A DNA stretch of 64,000 nucleotides, taken from assembly GCA_963752595.1 (NCBI GenBank), contig CAVVYZ010000002.1, forward strand, positions 308,745 to 372,744, written 5' to 3'. The notes below the pieces were generated by a model. It saw only the letters and a program-made list of their open reading frames with translations. It had not been told where the DNA came from and made no database searches. A program made the position numbers and the translations under genes. Positions 11,068-19,956 of the stretch are shown here, piece by piece; the stretch's first letter is position 1; the number at the start of each line of letters is the position of its first letter. This DNA comes from an uncultured delta proteobacterium (GTDB taxonomy: Bacteria; Desulfobacterota; Desulfomonilia; UBA1062).

Positions 11068-11705
11068 TACCCACAAGGCAGTGGATTTATCGTCTCATGG
11101 AGCAGAAACGGATGCCCCTCCATATCATCCGGCACAGCTGCATGGTAAGGATGGCGGGGGTAATGCTGGCAAACGCCCTCCGGGAGGCCGGGTGCGATAT
11201 CGATCTCAAGATAGTGGACAGGGCTGCCCTCCTTCATGACATCTGCAAGATGGACTCTCTGACGATCGGCGGTGATCACGCTGCAATGGGGCGGCAACTG
11301 ATGGAAAGCCACGGATACCAACGCATCGGAGAGGTTATCGGACAGCACATCCGGCTTCAAACGATAGAGCCTGGCGAGCCGATGATTGTCAACTATGCGG
11401 ACAAGAGGGTTATGCATGATCGCGTGGTATCCCTGGAAAGGCGCTTCCTCGACCTTATGGACAGGTACGGCACAAGCGAGCAGAGCATGCTGCGCATCCT
11501 GAGCCACTACATGCTTGCCTCCGAGATGGAACGGGTTCTTATAAAGGTTTCGGGTATTGATCCTTCGATTCTTGAGAACTTAAATCTGATACCGGGAGAT
11601 CACGCGTTCTATGCTGTTGATGGTCTCCTGAGTCAGAACGGCACGGTTGAAGAGCAGGATCATCACGTAAATCTTGAAAGGGTACACGAGGACGAGCCGG
11701 TTTAG
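11064..11705 (+). CDS. HD-domain phosphohydrolase
   Basis: HIIRHS, ALLHDICK, DHAAMG, VNYADKRV..VSLE.RF.DL..RYG. Confidence 0.85.
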   Translation: MIPTRQWIYRLMEQKRMPLHIIRHSCMVRMAGVMLANALREAGCDIDLKIVDRAALLHDICKMDSLTIGGDHAAMGRQLMESHGYQRIGEVIGQHIRLQTIEPGEPMIVNYADKRVMHDRVVSLERRFLDLMDRYGTSEQSMLRILSHYMLASEMERVLIKVSGIDPSILENLNLIPGDHAFYAVDGLLSQNGTVEEQDHHVNLERVHEDEPV

Positions 11706-12653
11706 GTCTATGAACGAGACTTTCTTCGGTGTCGAAGAAACGATTTCTCCGAGATTTTCCGCGAGATTCAGGAAGAACTTCGTAACCATGGGAAGATCTA
11801 TCTCGTTTGTGATCCCGCCACTCTGGTACAGAACCTCGTTTTCGGATGTGATGACAGCGATCCCGCTGCATTCCGGAAGCGAAGAGAGGTTCTTTACTGC
11901 AATCCGGGTCGACTCATCAATAGATGCCGCCCCTGCGTCATCGACGTCATCGCCCTTCTCCAGAGCGAGGGTCATCTCGTCAGCCTTTCTCATGCCTTCT
12001 ATGAGGAGGTATTCCCAATTTGTATTGATGCTCATCCTCGGTGCTTTTGCCCCGCCGACGAAGCGGAAGCTCCCGCTGGCCCAGGAGAGGATACTGAAGA
12101 GCGCTTCTTCTCCTTCGATGGCTCCGACCTGGGCATGGGTGATCTGTCCGTCGTCGAAATAGATACACCCCTCGCGGTCGCCCTTGCTTACATACAACGC
12201 AGTTGTTATCTGACTCAGGCAGTTCATCTGGATGAGATCCGGCAGCTGCAGGCCTGTTATACTCCCATCAAAGCCGCGAACCGAGCCCTCGTTGAGGGCT
12301 TTGAGGATGAGTTCCCTCATCTGGTCAATCTCGAACGGCTTTTCGATATAGAACAAAGAGCCCCTTGCTTTAGCCTTTGCCTTGATCTCTGACGATCCGT
12401 AGGCTGTCATGATGATGACCTTAGTAGAAGGCCTTTTCTCCTTGATCTTCATAAGAACATCGAGACCGTTGATTCCGGGCAGACGGATATCGAGCACTAC
12501 CACGTCGAATGGCTTTTCCCTGATGAGAGCCAACGCCTCTTCCCCGGAGTTGGAGGTGGTTACCATATAGGTCTCGCGGTCGCTTGCCAATGATTTTGCA
12601 AGTGACCAGGTCAGCGTCTCTTCGTCATCAACGATTAATACCTGTTTATGCAT
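11580..12653 (-). CDS. Response regulator with receiver, DUF4388 and roadblock-like C-terminal domains
   Basis: VLIVDDE/DIRLP/MTAYG/EKPF receiver; GFDGSITGLQLPDLIQM..G.IYF.DGQI.HA..W..G.F. Confidence 0.85.
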   Translation of the reverse strand: MHKQVLIVDDEETLTWSLAKSLASDRETYMVTTSNSGEEALALIREKPFDVVVLDIRLPGINGLDVLMKIKEKRPSTKVIIMTAYGSSEIKAKAKARGSLFYIEKPFEIDQMRELILKALNEGSVRGFDGSITGLQLPDLIQMNCLSQITTALYVSKGDREGCIYFDDGQITHAQVGAIEGEEALFSILSWASGSFRFVGGAKAPRMSINTNWEYLLIEGMRKADEMTLALEKGDDVDDAGAASIDESTRIAVKNLSSLPECSGIAVITSENEVLYQSGGITNEIDLPMVTKFFLNLAENLGEIVSSTPKKVSFIDLNRLVLVYPFKIYVMILLFNRAVLTQETINSIERVISRYQI

Positions 12654-12654
12654 C

Positions 12655-13404
12655 TTATCTGCTCCCGAGCTTTTCAAGGGCTAATATAAGGGATGTCTTG
12701 AGCCGGAAGAACGAGTCCGAAAGGCTCACCATGACTTTCCCCCCGGATCTGGGGAGCTCTTTATCAAAATTTCCTAGACTGAGCTGCTCGAATGCCTTTG
12801 CAGCCCTGGTAACGGGCATGGTCAGGATGAAGACGATGATCAGGGACAACACAACGGCGCATGCCAACCCCCCTGCCACATAGAATATCAGAATGGTCGT
12901 GATGGACCGGGTATTGCGCTGTATCTGGTCGTTCTGCTCCGAAATAAGGCCTCTCTCCCACTCCTTGGGCTTGAAGCCGATAATCGTGCTGTTTTCGGGC
13001 AGAGGAGAGAGGGCGATCATGTAATTTTTCGTTTTTACCGTCTCATCCCGGCCTTTTTTCATGGCATCGATAACCGGTGATGCCTGATCCAGGAGTTGGG
13101 GAATCTTGTAGAGGCTCATCCCGGCATGCCTCTGGTCGGTGGATGATTTGATGGTAAGGCTTGTATTGTCCACGATCAGGATTTCTCCCCACGATGAAGG
13201 GAGCGGCATCCGGCCAAGCTTCTCGAGATCGACATTTTTCATCGACCAGGCAAGTATGCCGGTATTCTCGATGTAGAGCTTGTTTTCCAGAACACCCAGA
13301 CGAAGGTTTTTGATCGTCTGCATCTGCAGGTAGATAAGAAGAGCCGAGCAGAACAGGAGAACCATGAAACTCAAGAAGGTTACGAGGAACGTCTTTGTTC
13401 TCAT
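12655..13404 (-). CDS. Two-TM membrane protein with extracytoplasmic sensor-like domain and terminal HAMP
   Basis: N-terminal TM, second TM, then PVTRAAKAFEQLSLGNF..L.DSF.RLK.SL HAMP; no output domain. Confidence 0.7.
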   Translation of the reverse strand: MRTKTFLVTFLSFMVLLFCSALLIYLQMQTIKNLRLGVLENKLYIENTGILAWSMKNVDLEKLGRMPLPSSWGEILIVDNTSLTIKSSTDQRHAGMSLYKIPQLLDQASPVIDAMKKGRDETVKTKNYMIALSPLPENSTIIGFKPKEWERGLISEQNDQIQRNTRSITTILIFYVAGGLACAVVLSLIIVFILTMPVTRAAKAFEQLSLGNFDKELPRSGGKVMVSLSDSFFRLKTSLILALEKLGSR

Positions 13405-13407
13405 GGA

Positions 13408-14217
13408 TTATGCTCCCTCCGTGTTTATCCAGTCCGTCATGGTGTCAAGAAACTGTAACGACATGGACTCGCTCGGTATCTTGCTCGATATCGTCTCTAT
13501 GAGTGCGGCCTTCTGGCCGGCGTCGTCCGAGAGGAGGTCGACGCCCATCTCCTTTGCCGTATCCAGGATCACGAAGGGTGCTATAGGCCCGATCGCTTTG
13601 GTGAGGTCTTTTCCCAATGCATTGAGAAAAGAAGTCTCGGGCAGTCTTCCGGAGCCTTGAGAGATCTCCGTCTCCGATGTGCTTGCATCCCTGAGCAGGC
13701 CTGCCTTGATCAGCGTATAAAAAATTTTCATGGTATCCGATACGCCGAAGCCGATTTTCTGTGCGATGTCGGCTATGGATTTTTTCCCATCGATCTGTAC
13801 CAGGGCTTTCCATTGAACGGACTTGATCAGGACTTCCTTATCCTTTAGATCCGGGTCGAGCTCATACACTTCCGAACTCGAAGAGATCAGGGAGGTAATG
13901 CGATCCATCTGGCGGATGCGATTTGCTGCCTCAGCCAGAATTTCATCCACCGGTATGTCAACACTCACGATATCCGGTGTGTCATCCACGAAGAACCGGT
14001 ATTCTCCCGAGGTCCATATCGCGAGCTCGTAAATGGCTTTTATCCCTTGCAGGGCTCCGCATTGTGCATGAATGATCTCGCCGTCCCTGAAGAAGATATT
14101 GCCGGTTTCTCCGCCGTTATTTAAAAAAAGCTTTCCGGAGCGTTTGCCCAGAGAGAGGATCTTGATTATCTCCGAACATCGGGTGTTCTCAAGACCACCA
14201 CTGATATCCTGGCCCAT
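13408..14217 (-). CDS. DUF4388-domain protein
   Basis: ISGGLE..SEIIKIL..KRSG.L..G.IFF.DGEIIHA..W.SG.Y.F; C-terminal IGPIAPFVI domain. Confidence 0.8.
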   Translation of the reverse strand: MGQDISGGLENTRCSEIIKILSLGKRSGKLFLNNGGETGNIFFRDGEIIHAQCGALQGIKAIYELAIWTSGEYRFFVDDTPDIVSVDIPVDEILAEAANRIRQMDRITSLISSSSEVYELDPDLKDKEVLIKSVQWKALVQIDGKKSIADIAQKIGFGVSDTMKIFYTLIKAGLLRDASTSETEISQGSGRLPETSFLNALGKDLTKAIGPIAPFVILDTAKEMGVDLLSDDAGQKAALIETISSKIPSESMSLQFLDTMTDWINTEGA

Positions 14218-14544
14218 TCAGTTCATCTCCTTCACAATATTCGCAATGACCAGCTTGCCTGTCATCCTCACCAATGCGAGATTGACCCGGGGGTTCGATA
14301 ACACCATCAGCATGATCATGCCGTTTATGAAAATCGTCAGCACCATATCGTCGAGGAAAATCTCTACGATATTACCGGGCCTTTTCTTTGTCTGAACGAG
14401 ATCCTCGTAGAGCTGCTTGATCCGGCCTTTCGAACCTGCAAACCTGTGCATGGAGGGGAGCTTCATCTGGATGTTCTTCTGATTTGCAATGACATACCCC
14501 TGGACGCCGGACAGCTTGATAAGATCTTTTATCGTACCCTTCAT
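14218..14544 (-). CDS. Roadblock/LC7 (MglB-like) small protein
   Basis: 108 aa, L..L.GVQGY.I start and VNLALVRM helix typical of roadblock folds. Confidence 0.6.
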   Translation of the reverse strand: MKGTIKDLIKLSGVQGYVIANQKNIQMKLPSMHRFAGSKGRIKQLYEDLVQTKKRPGNIVEIFLDDMVLTIFINGMIMLMVLSNPRVNLALVRMTGKLVIANIVKEMN

Positions 14545-14667
14545 ATTGCCCTATCTATCGGCCAAACATATGCGATTCTTTACCATATTGAAAACAATTC
14601 TTGACCTTCAAGCTTTATATGATAAGTCCGATAATATGGGTATAAAGATGTGCCACAAGGAGCAGGG

Positions 14668-14940
14668 ATGCGATATATTCGTAACATATTCAATAAGCTG
14701 ATCGAAATGTTCACTATACAGTTCAGTTTCCTTGAGAAAAAAAGCTTGAGAACCATTGATCTGTCGGATCTGTTCAACGAGGATCTTGAATCCATCCCCG
14801 AGCTTGAGATCATGACTGACGATTTCAAGAGTTTTTCCTCTACGGATGATTACAACAAGGAATTTCTCTGCGTGTTTCAGAATTTCAAACGGGTTTTCGT
14901 CCTCGACCATTCTCACGGAGACGGTCATTTCCGAGTATAG
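14668..14940 (+). CDS. Hypothetical protein
   Basis: ORF with AAGGAG RBS upstream; no recognisable motif. Confidence 0.45.
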   Translation: MRYIRNIFNKLIEMFTIQFSFLEKKSLRTIDLSDLFNEDLESIPELEIMTDDFKSFSSTDDYNKEFLCVFQNFKRVFVLDHSHGDGHFRV

Positions 14941-15104
14941 AAATCCTTTAAACAGATACAGCCCGCTAATAATCCGTTTGTTCAGAAGCTCCTGTCACGG
15001 TAAAGATTATAGGCACTCTCCGATTTCCCCTTGTGTTGACTGAAGATATTTTCTATAAAGCCAGGCAGTCTGTCTGACTGAAATACATGTGCCGGGTGGT
15101 AGCG

Positions 15105-15674
15105 ATGGAGGACCGTATCCAGGAGATTATCGAGGAGAGCCTGAGGCTCCACGGCCGGCTCAGTGTGATCGTGCCCATGATCGGTCGCGCCGCCGCTCTG
15201 ATGTCTGCAGCCCTTGCCAGGGGAAACAAGATCATGTTTGCCGGCAATGGAGGATCTGCTTCCGATGCCCAGCACCTCGCAGCCGAGCTTGTCAACCGCT
15301 TTCGGAAAGAAAGGCAGCCTCTCGCAGGTCTCGCGCTCACAACGGATACGTCGATCCTGACAGCGATCGGCAACGATTATGCTTTCGATGATATTTTTTC
15401 AAAACAGATCAGGGCTCTGGGCAGGGAAGGCGATGTATTCGTGGGCATTTCCACGAGCGGTAATTCGCGCAACATCGTCAAGGCCATGGATGATGCCCGG
15501 GCAATGGGCATCCTGACCGTCGCCCTTAGCGGTGAAGGAGGGGTGATGAAGGAAAAGGCGGACCTTGCCATTGCGGTTCCTGACGGGAATACGCCCAGGG
15601 TCCAGGAAGTGCACATCCTCATCGGGCACATCCTGTGCGAGCTCATTGAAAATGAATCTTTGAAGTCGGTTTGA
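15105..15674 (+). CDS. gmhA: D-sedoheptulose-7-phosphate isomerase
   Basis: GNGGSASDAQH, TAIGNDY, ISTSGNS, RVQEVH. Confidence 0.96.
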   Translation: MEDRIQEIIEESLRLHGRLSVIVPMIGRAAALMSAALARGNKIMFAGNGGSASDAQHLAAELVNRFRKERQPLAGLALTTDTSILTAIGNDYAFDDIFSKQIRALGREGDVFVGISTSGNSRNIVKAMDDARAMGILTVALSGEGGVMKEKADLAIAVPDGNTPRVQEVHILIGHILCELIENESLKSV

Positions 15675-15699
15675 CATCGAAACAAAGAGAGACTACTAT
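15671..15699 (+). promoter_or_regulatory. Sigma70 promoter of tmRNA
   Basis: TTGACA (15671-76), 17-bp spacer, TACTAT (15694-99), 10 nt before the mature 5' end. Confidence 0.8.
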
Positions 15700-15709
15700 C
15701 AATAAACCC

Positions 15710-16064
15710 GGGGGCGTATTGGGTTCGACGGGGGTAGTTGAGGCGCAAGGAGCATGTCGAGGTCTGCTCCCTCGTAAAACAGGCAGAAACACTACAAGTG
15801 CCGACGATTATTCATACGCACTGGCTGCTTAGCGCAGCCCATCTCTGCATCAGCCCGCCTATCGGCTGATACGGGGGTGTCAAATTAAGATAGGCAACCC
15901 TGACGGCTGTGGCCCCTTCGGACGCCGGGGTATTTACAGGGGATGGAACACGGGAGGCCTGTCTATGGGCAGATCGTGTTCAAAGCTTTGTACATAGACT
16001 AAACATGTAGCTGCCTTGTGCTGAAGATCTTCGGACGGGGGTTCGATTCCCCCCGCCTCCACCA
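15710..16064 (+). ncRNA. ssrA: tmRNA; tag peptide (A)ADDYSYALAA* at 15800-15832
   Basis: 5' GGGGGCG..GGTTCGAC, tag ORF ending YALAA-stop, 3' GGGTTCGATTCCCCCCGCCTCCACCA. Confidence 0.97.
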
Positions 16065-16069
16065 TTAAC
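16037..16069 (+). repeat. attL (ssrA 3' end)
   Basis: GGGGGTTCGATTCCCCCCGCCTCCACCATTAAC. Confidence 0.9.
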
Positions 16070-16090
16070 TTGTTGTAATTATTAGATAAA

Positions 16091-16117
16091 ACCAATTTAG
16101 GATGCCCCTAAATTGGT
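16091..16117 (+). terminator. Perfect 11-bp inverted repeat downstream of ssrA (possible terminator/processing hairpin)
   Basis: ACCAATTTAGG-atgcc-CCTAAATTGGT; no U-tract. Confidence 0.4.
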
Positions 16118-16133
16118 AGCGGATTGGTAGCGG
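16112..16133. repeat. Tandem 11-bp repeat, likely integrase arm-type site
   Basis: ATTGGTAGCGG x2, between attL and the integrase stop codon. Confidence 0.6.
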
Positions 16134-16143
16134 GCAACATTGG

Positions 16144-16390
16144 TTATTCAGCACCTTTCTTGCCCTTTGAAAAGGGTATCACTTTGGCTTTTTTCTTCCT
16201 GATAGCTGTCACAACTTCAAACGATCCTTCATTCTCAACTTGGCGGTAACGGTCAAACGCCTTGTTTGTCAATCCTGATGCAACCCTTGCCTTATCAGTA
16301 CCAAGCATCTTTGCTGTTTCCGTTGCCGTGGTATGCTTCGTTCCAGGATATAGCGGAACATCTCTTAAACCTACCTCATTTGCAGCTCTA
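16144..16390 (-). pseudogene. Tyrosine integrase C-terminal remnant
   Basis: Manual translation RAANEVGLRDVPLYPGTKHTTATETAKMLG..ASGLTNKAFDRY..KVIPF..* resembles the box II region with catalytic Tyr; N-terminal part missing. Confidence 0.7.
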
Positions 16391-16818
16391 ATTTTAAAAG
16401 CAATCGAGAATGAACAGCTTAAGGATACACAAAAAAACTTAGATCTACAGAAGAGGTAGCAGAAACTTTAGAAAAAGATATAGAGGATATTCTTGCTAGA
16501 AATTCAAATCTGATTGGGAAAGACTTAAAGTTAGTTGAAAGACAAGTTCCTATAGATAGCGGAAGAATAGATCTTATCTATGAACATCTGGGTGGGAGCC
16601 TTGTTATTGTAGAAGTTAAGATGAACAAGATTGGGCGTGGAGCTATACAGCAGATTAATAGTTACATCAAGGAATTTAAAGCTAGAGAACCTAGGAAAAA
16701 GATCTTCGGGATTATTATTTGCGCTGGTGTTATGCCAGCCTATGAAGATGAGCTGAGGAAACAAAAGGGTATTAAGATAATGGTATATGGCTGGGATATA
16801 AAAGTTCAGCCATTGTGA
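16390..16818 (+). pseudogene. NucS/DUF91-like PD-(D/E)XK endonuclease, 5'-truncated
   Basis: Frame open from 16423: LEKDIEDILARN..L.LVERQ..GRIDL..VIVEVK..AIQQI.SY; no clear start; possible slip in the A-run near 16431. Confidence 0.7.
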
Positions 16819-16864
16819 AAATGGTATAAAACGATTGTTCCCCCTGTATTCTGTGCAGATTTAA

Positions 16865-17942
16865 TCATGCAAGACGTGGGGGATTAGACACAGAAAACTC
16901 CTCAATATATCCAGGCCTTTTATCAAGAACTGCCTGGCAAACTGCCAGCGTGGATCATCGATGAGGCTGCCCGCCCACGTGATTCTAGATGATCTTCTAG
17001 CCTTGTTCTTATTAGGCTTTCCAAGGTTTTAGTTGCATCTACTTTTAGGTTCACTTCCCGAACCAAGACATCGAACTGTGCTGCGGCAATGTTTGTCCAT
17101 CGCTTCGATAGACTTTGGATAAGGGACATGTGGTTGTTAAGTCGTGTTTGCTCGGTAGTATCGGGTGAATATAGTCTTGGAATAGAGTTTCTTGGTGTTC
17201 CACTGAGTGATATGTGTACTTGAAGTGAAGCTGGTCTAAAAAAGGGATGGAGCCAGTCGTTTGTTGAATTTGGTGGACCTGGCGTGATGGCAGCTTTATT
17301 ACCTTTTGCTGTACCTACAACATTACAGGAGTGACAGGCTGGAATGAGATTCCATGGTGAGCAAGAGAGCAGAGGAAATCCTGATTGGGATAGATAGTGA
17401 TCCAGCTCAGGTGTTCCGATCTCTCCATCACAGTAAGGGCAAATTACCATGGTAGGGTAGTAGCTGCAAAAGTCATCCTTGTACTTGCTGTTCGTGATGG
17501 ATCGGTCTCCACCAAACATGTAGCCGTTCCACTTTCTATCCTTATTAGTGCTCAGGAGTTTATAACACTGCTTAAAGAATTCTTTGACTTCGGTTGCTAA
17601 CTGGGTGTTGAAGCCAGGCAAGTTATTAAGGTCTTGGAAGTTGCCGCCTGAATAAAGCATCGCCTCTACTTTGTTCTGACGGCAGAATTCATCATAGAGC
17701 GCCTGCCGCGCAACTGGCATTGCCTGGGCGATGGACTTGATTCTGTTCTCCTGTCCTCCAAGACAAAATTGCCTCACCCATTCTGAATCCAACATGTGCC
17801 ATACATTCTGAACCCAGGCTGTGTTCACCATGGCTGAATTCAAACCCGGGTCTGCCAGCGCTTTCAATAGCCTTTTTTGGAGGACAATGATTTTTAAAAG
17901 CTGAACCGCGCTCTTCGGTAATTTAACTTGATGTAGTGCCAT
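16865..17942 (-). CDS. HNH endonuclease (Septu PtuB-like); probable frameshift near 16957 extends C-terminus to 16865
   Basis: CPYCD..ELDHYL....FP.L...WNLIPACHSCN; start overlaps ATPase 3' end. Confidence 0.85.
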
Positions 17943-19956
17943 CGTTGTTTGCTCTTAGTTGTTTTAGAATTGCCCTCAACTCTGCCCGGTGGAAACTGCT
18001 GCCAAGGATTGTTAGGATTGCCTCCAACTCACTCTCTCGATATTTCCATTCTGTCTTCATCAGCTTGTCAAGCAGCTCTACAGATCTGCTGCCGATGCTG
18101 CTTTCGCTTCCGAAGAGGTTCATGGTGACCTCGCCGGGGTCAGTGCCGAAGAGGCCGCCGGTGACGCCTCGTGCAATAATGCCATCATCTGTCTTGTCCA
18201 ACACAGTCACCTCCGCAGCAAAGGCATCGGTAAGCGCTATACTCGTGTGGGTTGAAATAATGACATTGGCATGGGTGTTCTCCAGCAGGCCCAGATCCAC
18301 CATTTCAACGATCTTTTGTTTCCACACATCGTTGAAGTGTGTTTCCGGCTCGTCGAAGAGGAGCAGAGACCCGTCTTGGCCGCGCAGGAGGTAAAACAAG
18401 CCCATTCGGCCGAGCAGCATCTGCTCGCCGTCGCTGAGCTGGTCATAGGTGATAATGATATCGTCGGATTCGCCATCAAAGGACTCATGCTGGTGGAGGC
18501 GTTTCATGGTGAGGGTAATGTCTTCCAGCAGACCGGTGCGCTCCCAATCCTTGAGGCGGGTGAAGACGTCCATGGGCGTGGAGTCGATTTCCTGGTCTGA
18601 ACTCAGAACGCGCAAGAATGCCTCCGCGCCTGTTCTGCTGCCATCCACCCGTTCGGCGATGAACTCGATATCCTTACTCGTGATGCCGAGGGGAAACGCA
18701 TCCTTGAGTCTCTCGGTAAGGCTGATCTTCTCGAACGGGCCGAGAGAGAAAACGGCGCGTCGGCGCCCAAACGGCTGGTCGAGAACTTCATCGGCCAGGG
18801 CTATAAGGCAGAACAGCTCCAGGTGCTGGCGCGGAGTAACGCGGTCGTCGTCGTGGTAGGTGAAACTCAGGTGCGTTGGCCAGAACCAGTCTATTTGTTC
18901 GAATACAGGGCGGGCATCTGTCAGAGTCCTATCTTTGGAATCATACCTCCCCAGGAGATAGTTTCTCAGGGATTCACGGCTGCTCTCTGATGTGCAACCG
19001 CTCAGTTCCCTGGCTGCTTGCCAGAGGGCAAGGGTAATGCCTGCGAAACGTAAATGATGCGGTTCGATGAGGAAATAGGAGTCATCCTGCGGTCCCTTGA
19101 GTGTCATGTGGTTGGCAAGGAGCTTCTTGAATATATCCTCCACCTGTCCCGGCTCTCTCTGCAAGAGCTCAAGGCTCTCCCTGATCATGCCCTTCAGCGC
19201 AGAACCTGGGATAGTCGGCCTGGTAACGCCTGTTGGCGGCGGAGTGGTCGTTGTACTGGTAGTAGTCGTAGTCGTGCTGGTTGTCGTGGTGCTTGTCGTA
19301 TTGCGGGTAAGTGCATTTGAAATAAGGATGTGTTGTGCTTCTTCCCATTCCTTATCCATGTCCCAGCCATGCGGGCGTTCATCCTCAGAGCTGTATTGAC
19401 CTTCTTCTTCATCCAGTGGGTGAAAGATCGGATGATCGATCTGCATCCAGGGGTAACAGTCGCCCGAGGTATAGGCGATGAGACGCTTTGGCAACCGGGA
19501 AAACAGTAACGGGCTGGTGATGGCGTCTGGGCCGGTGATCATTTCAAGCCCCTCAGCCAGGGGGTGATGTTCCCCTTTGCTCATGGTGGCAATAATCCTC
19601 TCCCAGTCGGGACGCCGTGCGCTGATGGGCACGGGTTTGCATGTGGCAAAAAAGGAAAGGGCATCCTTCCTGTTGGTACTATGGAGGAGCGCGGTCACTG
19701 CTTCGACCCCAAGGGTACGATCCCATGACAGCGTGACAGGCAGTGTCGGCCATTCTCTGCGGTTCAGCGCACGGAAGACATGGTAAAGCACCCGCAGTAA
19801 TGTTGACTTGCCGCTTCCGTTCACGCCGACCACGAAGTTTAACGCACCTTTGCGCGGCAGATTCAGGGTATTGGTGATGAGGTCCTCACGTCCGAAAATG
19901 ACACTGACATCATTGAGCGGGCCGCAGCGCGGGATATGGAGGTAACGTAGTCTCAT
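17923..19956 (-). CDS. ABC/AAA_21 ATPase (PtuA-like, restriction-system-associated)
   Basis: Walker A GVNGSGKS, signature LSDGEQ, Walker B LLLFDEPETHFN, H-loop STHT. Confidence 0.9.
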   Translation of the reverse strand: MRLRYLHIPRCGPLNDVSVIFGREDLITNTLNLPRKGALNFVVGVNGSGKSTLLRVLYHVFRALNRREWPTLPVTLSWDRTLGVEAVTALLHSTNRKDALSFFATCKPVPISARRPDWERIIATMSKGEHHPLAEGLEMITGPDAITSPLLFSRLPKRLIAYTSGDCYPWMQIDHPIFHPLDEEEGQYSSEDERPHGWDMDKEWEEAQHILISNALTRNTTSTTTTSTTTTTTSTTTTPPPTGVTRPTIPGSALKGMIRESLELLQREPGQVEDIFKKLLANHMTLKGPQDDSYFLIEPHHLRFAGITLALWQAARELSGCTSESSRESLRNYLLGRYDSKDRTLTDARPVFEQIDWFWPTHLSFTYHDDDRVTPRQHLELFCLIALADEVLDQPFGRRRAVFSLGPFEKISLTERLKDAFPLGITSKDIEFIAERVDGSRTGAEAFLRVLSSDQEIDSTPMDVFTRLKDWERTGLLEDITLTMKRLHQHESFDGESDDIIITYDQLSDGEQMLLGRMGLFYLLRGQDGSLLLFDEPETHFNDVWKQKIVEMVDLGLLENTHANVIISTHTSIALTDAFAAEVTVLDKTDDGIIARGVTGGLFGTDPGEVTMNLFGSESSIGSRSVELLDKLMKTEWKYRESELEAILTILGSSFHRAELRAILKQLRANNDGTTSS

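Noticed and set aside
16262-16459. 65-aa plus-strand ORF
   Set aside because: Mostly antisense to the integrase remnant; at most its 3' end belongs to the NucS-like fragment.
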